Position numbers and translations under genes: made by a program. A DNA stretch of 6,270 nucleotides, filler included, from Candidatus Nezhaarchaeota archaeon WYZ-LMO8 (GTDB taxonomy: Archaea > Thermoproteota > Methanomethylicia > Nezhaarchaeales > WYZ-LMO8): NCBI GenBank assembly GCA_004347965.1. It is 2 parts of 2 records of this genome, joined end to end, with 100 filler letters (N's around TTAATTAATTAA, not from the genome) between each part and the next. Parts side by side here need not be neighbours in the genome. Positions count along the whole stretch, not along the records: positions 1 to 3,136 come from QNVF01000077.1; positions 3,237 to 6,270 come from QNVF01000078.1. The stretch is one strand, 5' to 3'. Below the pieces are notes generated by a model. The model was not told the origin of the DNA, did no database searches, and saw nothing but the letters and a program-made list of their open reading frames with translations. Positions 1 to 5,043 of the stretch are shown here, one piece after another. The stretch's first letter is position 1. Each line of letters starts with the position of its first letter.

Positions 1-1313
1 CTTACAGCTAGTTTATCGAAGTACTTAACGTATATAGCGTAAAGTATTACTCCTCTCAAGTACACGTCAACAAACATGGAGATCCATGCGCCAACTACTC
101 CAATGAACTTAGTTAGAATTGATGTAGGCACCACTCTGAATAAGTATAGTCCAATAGCGCTAATTAATAATGGTACAATAGTGTTCCCAGCTCCTCTTAA
201 AGCTCCGCTAAAGCTCATTGCTAGCGCTAAGCCTGCTTCACTTAAGCCAGCTAAAACTAAGTAGAGTGATGCAAGTTCCAGTACCTCTTGATCTACAGAG
301 AACGGTTTAACGAGAATCTTAGATAATGTTGCTGCAGCAATCCCTAGAAGGAACATAGTTACTACAGCTAGCTTAGCTATCTCTAGACCAACTACCTTCC
401 CCTCCTTAAATTCCCCTGCGCCAATTCTTTCACCAACATATGATGAAGCAACTACAGAGAAGGCGAAGCCAGGCATGTATATGAAGCTCTCTATCCTTAA
501 CCCTATTTGATGAGCTGCCAGTGCTTTAGCGCCGCACCTAGCGATAAAAGCTGCATAGGCATTATTGCCGATTGACATTAAGAGCCTTTCAATGAATGCA
601 GGCAAGCCTACTTTGAATACATTCACTGCTTTAAGAGAGTGGAGCTCAAGGATTGGCGAAAGCTTGAGTTTACGTATGAAGATTATTTCCAGAGGAATCA
701 TGAGTGTCTCTGAAAGCACTGTAGCCAATGCAGCTCCTCTTACACCGAGAGGTGGGAGATTAAATGAACCGTATATTAATAGAGGATCTAGCACTATGTT
801 AGTTAAGGCACTTGATGAAACTACGATCATTGAGTACTTAGTTGCTTTAACAGCTCTAACGGCTGAGTCCATTATTAAGGCTACTGCTATCAATGGCAAT
901 CCAATGACTCTCACCCTAAAGTACTCTATTGCTTCACTAAGTAACTCTAAGTTTTCACTACTGACTAAGAGTAAAACCACGTGAGGGGCGGCCGTGAATG
1001 CAGCTATTGCTATGAAGCATATAGCTATTGAGCCGTAGAGAAGGGTTTCACCAATAGTTCTTCTAGCACTATCTAAGTCTCCCGCCCCATTGTATTGAGC
1101 TACCATCACTAAAACGCCAACCATAAATAATGAAGGGAACGACATCATGAGCCAACAGAGGTAGGATCCTGCTCCAACTGCTGCAATAGCATTAGTTCCA
1201 AGCCTTGAAACAAAGTAGGTATCTGCTATAGAGTACATGCTGTCAACTAGTTCACTAAATATGATAGGCCAAGCAGTCTTCAATACTTTCAGCTTTAATT
1301 CAGCTTTACTCAA
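1..1313 (-). CDS. MATE family multidrug/toxin efflux transporter (3' end runs off the window)
   Basis: Manual translation of both ends, in the same frame: (M)SKAELKLKVLKTAWPIIFSELVDSMYSIADTYFVSRLGTNAIAAVG... at the start and ...GVVGAWISMFVDVYLRGVILYAIYVKYFDKLAV at the window edge, about 437 codons. The 'AWP...DT.FVSRLG..AIAAVG' start and 'G..GAW' end are MATE hallmarks. Start is TTG 1313 or GTG 1325; an in-frame TGA lies at 1349-1347. Absent from the ORF track, probably because no stop is in the window. Confidence 0.92.
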   Translation of the reverse strand, partial: MSKAELKLKVLKTAWPIIFSELVDSMYSIADTYFVSRLGTNAIAAVGAGSYLCWLMMSFPSLFMVGVLVMVAQYNGAGDLDSARRTIGETLLYGSIAICFIAIAAFTAAPHVVLLLVSSENLELLSEAIEYFRVRVIGLPLIAVALIMDSAVRAVKATKYSMIVVSSSALTNIVLDPLLIYGSFNLPPLGVRGAALATVLSETLMIPLEIIFIRKLKLSPILELHSLKAVNVFKVGLPAFIERLLMSIGNNAYAAFIARCGAKALAAHQIGLRIESFIYMPGFAFSVVASSYVGERIGAGEFKEGKVVGLEIAKLAVVTMFLLGIAAATLSKILVKPFSVDQEVLELASLYLVLAGLSEAGLALAMSFSGALRGAGNTIVPLLISAIGLYLFRVVPTSILTKFIGVVGAWISMFVDVYLRGVILYAIYVKYFDKLAV

Positions 1314-1344
1314 TACCTTATACACCGTAGCTAATGGATCTCTA

Positions 1345-1490
1345 TTTCATAGAGCTACAGGGGTTCAGCTCTGATATAGGTTTATATTGGTTGATTTCAT
1401 TGCCTCATCTCTGTTCCCCCGCATTCCGCTCGGGTTTTCATCGGGCTTGGGGGCGTTCAGGGTGACCCCGGGCACCCCACATCTTGTGTA
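1345..1490 (-). ncRNA. Putative TnpB omegaRNA/reRNA scaffold plus 3' guide, overlapping the tnpB 3' end
   Basis: GC-rich, self-complementary tract after the RuvC-III codons: GGGGUG(1478-1473)/CGCCCC(1455-1450) enclosing CGGGG-UCA-CCCUG, and CCCCC(1453-1449)/GGGGG(1420-1416). This is the established location of TnpB guide RNAs. Boundaries are inferred. Confidence 0.7.
1364..1401 (-). repeat. Imperfect inverted repeat, tnpB-distal end of the element
   Basis: Minus strand reads AATGAAATCAACCAATATAAACCTATATCAGAGCTGAA, 27/38 ungapped identity to the plus strand at 2806-2843. Confidence 0.7.
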
Positions 1491-2588
1491 CCTGTAGAAC
1501 AGGTTTATGCATGCAACCACATCTCTATCGCCTATGAATCCACATTTAGTGCATTGTAGTGCTCTACCGCCATTATCTTTTAACCTGCTTCTACATCTCA
1601 GACATGTTGATGATGTTTTCATTGGGTTAACGTAGCTAACCATTAATCCTCTCTCGAGAGCTTCATATAATATGGTGAACTGTATCTTCCTGTAGAACCA
1701 CAGCGATAGCTTCTTGTTGAAACTGCTACCTCTATTCACGTTACTCCTGAGTTTGTTTAGGTTTTCGAGAACTATGGTTAAGCTGTGTTCATCGGCTATC
1801 TCCGCTACTCTATCACCCAGCTTGTGAGCATAGTCCCAGGCTATGCTCCTGATCCTCTCACCATGTCTTTTAATCGCTCTCCTAACACCTCTGATGAATT
1901 TCCAGGATTTAGAGTATCTTCGTTGAATCCTCTCAATCCATATCCTGTGGGTTAGGATTTTCCTAAGAGGTGTTTTGTACCGCTTCAGCTTTAGTAGCTT
2001 TCCGCTGGATGCGAACACAGCTAGTGTAACGTTGTCGAAGTTAACATCGATAGTTGTGATGGTTTTGGTTCTTCTTGATTTAACTGTTTTCCTGAAGTAT
2101 ATTGATACATAGACCTTGTCTTCAACAACCTTCACAGCTAGCTCGTAGTTACCCCAACCCCTGAACTTCTCTATCCTATCAATAGATGTTAGTAGTCTTA
2201 GCTTAACTTCTCTACCTCCATGTATTTTTAGAACAAGTGTTTTGTTCTCTAGATCCAGCTTGTAGTCGTATCTATCTATCCTAGCTGTCAATCTCCTGAG
2301 AACCGGCTTCCTACCACCGTTCTGTTTACTAGCTCTAACAACTGTTTTAGCGTAGATATATATCTGCTTAACGTGGTGTGCTCTAAAACCATACCTCTTA
2401 AGCTCTGAGTAGAACATCTTGTGTAGAGTTGTTATCGAGGGTATTTCGCTTAAACTCCACAACCTGTTTACAGCTAGCTGAACAGCATCGCGGTACAGCC
2501 TCAGGAACTCAACTAGTGCGTCATGGTCGTCGCTACCCTTGGGGAGAGCCCTCATCTTAAGAGTCTCGACGAGCTCTTCACCCTTCAT
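1365..2588 (-). CDS. tnpB: RNA-guided endonuclease TnpB (IS200/IS605 OrfB, Cas12f-related)
   Basis: RuvC-I TIDVNFDN (Asp codon 2046-2048), RuvC-II IVLENL (Glu 1764-1766), TSSTCLRC...CTKCG zinc finger, RuvC-III DRDVVACINL (1521-1529). ATG 2588 has GGTGAG 7 nt upstream (2601-2596); the alternative start is GTG 2603 (412 aa). Confidence 0.96.
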   Translation of the reverse strand: MKGEELVETLKMRALPKGSDDHDALVEFLRLYRDAVQLAVNRLWSLSEIPSITTLHKMFYSELKRYGFRAHHVKQIYIYAKTVVRASKQNGGRKPVLRRLTARIDRYDYKLDLENKTLVLKIHGGREVKLRLLTSIDRIEKFRGWGNYELAVKVVEDKVYVSIYFRKTVKSRRTKTITTIDVNFDNVTLAVFASSGKLLKLKRYKTPLRKILTHRIWIERIQRRYSKSWKFIRGVRRAIKRHGERIRSIAWDYAHKLGDRVAEIADEHSLTIVLENLNKLRSNVNRGSSFNKKLSLWFYRKIQFTILYEALERGLMVSYVNPMKTSSTCLRCRSRLKDNGGRALQCTKCGFIGDRDVVACINLFYRYTRCGVPGVTLNAPKPDENPSGMRGNRDEAMKSTNINLYQS

Positions 2589-2624
2589 CGAGTAGCTCAC
2601 CACATCTAGAACTATAGAGTTTAG

Positions 2625-2640
2625 TTTATAATCTTTTCTC
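2625..2640 (-). promoter_or_regulatory. Archaeal BRE + TATA promoter for tnpB, possibly bidirectional
   Basis: Minus strand GAGAAAAGA-TTATAAA (2640-2625), about 25 nt upstream of 2603-2600. The same bases read TTTATAAT on the plus strand, about 35 nt upstream of the small ORF. Confidence 0.55.
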
Positions 2641-2666
2641 TCCAGTATCTATATAGGTGGATATAT

Positions 2667-2810
2667 ATGGCTAGAGTTGAGCTGGTTAGGTGTAGCGTCA
2701 TTAAGTATAGGAGAGGGGACTACGTCCTCTACCCACTCGGCAAAGACAAAGAGAAGATCAAGCATCTCCACGGAAAAGAAGTATGCGTGCTAATCGTAGC
2801 AGAAGAATAA
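2667..2810 (+). CDS. 47-aa small protein, AbrB/SpoVT- or DUF2080-like putative DNA-binding protein associated with TnpB
   Basis: ATG 2667 with AGGTGG at 2655-2660. Translation MARVELVRCSVIKYRRGDYVLYPLGKDKEKIKHLHGKEVCVLIVAEE, TAA ending at 2810. The beta-beta-alpha-beta pattern with C-terminal 'GKEVxVLIV' resembles swapped-hairpin AbrB-like and DUF2080 proteins (recognised by eye, no search run). Confidence 0.7.
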   Translation: MARVELVRCSVIKYRRGDYVLYPLGKDKEKIKHLHGKEVCVLIVAEE

Positions 2811-2843
2811 CATCACCTGATACAAATCTATATGAAACCCGAA
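2806..2843 (+). repeat. Imperfect inverted repeat, small-ORF end of the element
   Basis: Plus strand reads AATAACATCACCTGATACAAATCTATATGAAACCCGAA, 27/38 ungapped identity to the reverse complement of 1364-1401. Confidence 0.7.
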
Positions 2844-2920
2844 ACAGTTGCGTTAGGCTAAAGAGTATTTAAGCAAAGCGCACTCGCTCTTGAATCCACT
2901 GTAGCCGTTGCATAGGACTT

Positions 2921-3136
2921 CTAGATTATATGGTAATATTGCTTCTTTCGCAAATCTTCAACTATGAATAAGTCAAGTCTCTCCGGCCTAGAGCGCCTGG
3001 CTTCATTCACCAGCCTTTTTAATGCTTCCTTAGCGTCTCCCAGCAATTCATTAGCTACAGCTACTACTTTACTTAACTCACTTACTGGTGTAATGAAGTC
3101 CTCTCCTTTCTTAACCATGTGGATTGCCTTTATTCC
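2921..3136 (-). CDS. Hypothetical protein, C-terminal part (5' end at the assembly linker)
   Basis: Open frame from the gap edge: GIKAIHMVKKGEDFITPVSELSK...RKKQYYHII-stop (71 aa). No recognisable family. Confidence 0.55.
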   Translation of the reverse strand, partial: GIKAIHMVKKGEDFITPVSELSKVVAVANELLGDAKEALKRLVNEARRSRPERLDLFIVEDLRKKQYYHII

Positions 3137-3236
3137 NNNNNNNNNNNNNNNNNNNNNNNNNNNNNNNNNNNNNNNNNNNNTTAATTAATTAANNNNNNNN
3201 NNNNNNNNNNNNNNNNNNNNNNNNNNNNNNNNNNNN
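3137..3236. other. Artificial 100-nt scaffold/contig linker
   Basis: 44 N + TTAATTAATTAA (stops in all six frames) + 44 N = exactly 100 nt. Confidence 0.97.
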
Positions 3237-3400
3237 CCTAGTGTTGTTGATATTGGCGCATTAAAGCTTGACGTTGAGTATTCCAGTAAAACATCCTTCA
3301 ATAAAACATGCTTATTTCGAGCATAATCCCAGTCAGGTTCTTCAAGAACGTCGAACTTGCAGATGACGTCAAAGCTCTTCGTGAACTCTACTTCAATCAT
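3237..3400 (-). CDS. Hypothetical protein, N-terminal part (runs into the assembly linker)
   Basis: ATG 3400, MIEVEFTKSFDVICKFDVLEEPDWDYARNK...PISTTL, open to the gap. TATA-like TTTAAATA at 3438-3431, about 30 nt upstream. Confidence 0.55.
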
Positions 3401-3453
3401 ACACGCCGAGGTTTTAGCGTGTCGCCATGGTATTTAAAGGTTGCTTGAAAATT

Positions 3454-4950
3454 TTAGAGCGAGGACTTAGCGTCCTCCAGCATCTTAATAGTAGCTTTCA
3501 AGCAAGTAACTTTATCTTCTTCAACAGCTCTATCTATTGATTCTGCAAGTTCTTCCCATAGGAACACGTATCTAATCCACCTTTGAAGGTAGCCTCTGAC
3601 TATGCTCTCTTCGGCAACCTCCTTGCCCACTGTTTTAAGGGCTTGCAAGACGTCTGACAGGCATCTTGCTCTATAGATCTCCTTTCCACTCCAGGTGAAA
3701 GCAAAAGCGTGTTTCTGTGTCGTCTTAACTTTCCATGCGTACTTCTCTACTTTCTCTAGGTATCTCTCTAAGACCTCTTCGTACAACGATGTTAGCAACG
3801 ACAAGTAACTGGTGTAGGCATTGAGAGGTTCCTTAAATGGGCTGAAGTATGTATGCACTTCTCCTGAAGGGCCCCTCTTAGAGGACATGTAGTAGAAGTT
3901 ATCGCTTATGCCCATGCTTCTCCAATGCCTTAAGTACTCGCCCCCAACAGCCTTTGCGTACATCCCCAATTCTTCGTATAATTCAAGAGCCTTACGCTGA
4001 AGATCTGATCCCGCCCACGCGCTCAAGTCTTTTTCTACATCTGCCCAGCTAATTGTATCCCAAGGAGGGACATCGTAGACGCCCATTGATCTATATTTAT
4101 CTGTAGCTTCACCTACTGTTAGGGTCTTTACACCTTTAGCTGCAAGTTCCCAAGGTAACCACCTAAGAAACTCAAGGATTCCCGTTTCGGGATGATGATG
4201 TTCTCCAAAGGTCTCAAAGTCCATTGCTATGAAGACTAAGTCTCCTGGACATGCTGCTATCCAATTAGCGTACTTATCTGCCGTTAGGGGGTATTGGTCC
4301 CATGCAGCATTAGAGAACCTGAAGGCTACGTCATCACTTAATCTGTAGTTTCTAAGCAACAACTTTAAGTCGCATCCATAGGCTGAGTAGACGTAATTTG
4401 GGCTACGCCATGCTAATATCCTCTCAACGCCCTCAGTTACGCAAGACTTAAACCCCATGCTCCAGAAGAGCCGCCCTATGTCATTGTTATAAATTAGCTC
4501 AGTAGCCTCAGCGGTCTTTGCCTGAAAGCCAAAAATATCCCATAAAATTTTCCTGCTTTCCTCTACCTGTTCTCTAAGCTCCTCTAAGTCTGAGAGTAGA
4601 GGAGAAACGCTGTGATAGTATGTCTGAGCTACTAGTTCGACTTTCCCAGAATCAACAATTCTGCTTACAAGATCTATTAGTTTTGGAGAGAACTTTAAAG
4701 CTTGATCAATCCATACGCCGCTCATGCTCAACGAGAGCTTGAAGTCGTATTCCTTGAGAGCTTTTGAGATTATGTTGAGTGCAGGCCAATAACACTTTGA
4801 AGAAACTCTTTTAAAGACCTCTTCGTTTAGCTGCCAGTCGTAAATAGCATCAATGCCCTTAAGAAGACGATCACGTACGCATTGAGCACTGCACGGTCTG
4901 AGCCTTATTGGCTGATGAAGCTCAAACAAGAAGACCACGCTATTAACCAT
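3454..4950 (-). CDS. Glycoside hydrolase family 57 protein (alpha-amylase type) with a C-terminal DUF5752-like extension
   Basis: GH57 conserved regions: ELHQP, VELVAQTYYHS, ATELIY (nucleophile Glu), AMDFETFGEHH (acid/base Asp), SDNFYYM. ATG 4950 (MVNSVVFLFELHQP) fits the family start better than TTG 4971; 498 aa. Confidence 0.93.
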   Translation of the reverse strand: MVNSVVFLFELHQPIRLRPCSAQCVRDRLLKGIDAIYDWQLNEEVFKRVSSKCYWPALNIISKALKEYDFKLSLSMSGVWIDQALKFSPKLIDLVSRIVDSGKVELVAQTYYHSVSPLLSDLEELREQVEESRKILWDIFGFQAKTAEATELIYNNDIGRLFWSMGFKSCVTEGVERILAWRSPNYVYSAYGCDLKLLLRNYRLSDDVAFRFSNAAWDQYPLTADKYANWIAACPGDLVFIAMDFETFGEHHHPETGILEFLRWLPWELAAKGVKTLTVGEATDKYRSMGVYDVPPWDTISWADVEKDLSAWAGSDLQRKALELYEELGMYAKAVGGEYLRHWRSMGISDNFYYMSSKRGPSGEVHTYFSPFKEPLNAYTSYLSLLTSLYEEVLERYLEKVEKYAWKVKTTQKHAFAFTWSGKEIYRARCLSDVLQALKTVGKEVAEESIVRGYLQRWIRYVFLWEELAESIDRAVEEDKVTCLKATIKMLEDAKSSL

Positions 4951-4974
4951 ATTCGTTAGCCCTACATTCAAAAT

Positions 4975-4991
4975 AGAAAACGTTATATAAG
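4975..4991. promoter_or_regulatory. Palindromic TATA box in the divergent GH57/phosphorylase intergenic region
   Basis: AGAAAACG-TTATATAA: purine-rich BRE-like tract followed by palindromic TTATATAA (4983-4990) between two divergent starts. Confidence 0.5.
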
Positions 4992-5043
4992 TTCTAGGTT
5001 CAAGATAGAACTAGCTCCTTTCATCGTAAGGAGCTGCCACTTC

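Larger units (their letters stand above)
1364..2843. mobile_element. Non-autonomous TnpB-carrying element (IS200/IS605/IS1341- or IS607-related) with a divergent small ORF and imperfect terminal inverted repeats
   Basis: Contains tnpB and a 47-aa ORF head to head. Both stop codons fall inside a pair of 38-bp imperfect inverted repeats (1364-1401 and 2806-2843). No TnpA gene inside. Exact termini uncertain by a few nt. Confidence 0.7.

Noticed and set aside
76..984. Plus-strand ORFs 76-264 and 565-984
   Set aside because: Antisense shadows of the MATE gene; no independent features.
1365..2603. Nuclease-dead TnpB (TldR-type regulator)
   Set aside because: All three RuvC acidic residues and the four zinc-finger cysteines are present.
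1350..2860. Target-site duplication around the element
   Set aside because: Only ACAG occurs near both ends (1357-1360 and 2844-2847), and it is not placed symmetrically relative to the repeats; not convincing.
1321..2920. Cas12f with a CRISPR array
   Set aside because: No repeat-spacer array or cas1/cas2 is visible near the gene; the only repeat is an inverted pair.
2964..3188. Plus-strand 74-aa ORF
   Set aside because: Ser/Leu-rich antisense shadow of the minus-strand ORF, ended only by the artificial linker.
3181..3192. TTAATTAATTAA palindrome or repeat
   Set aside because: Centred in a symmetric N-run totalling 100 nt; an all-frame-stop assembly linker, not biological.
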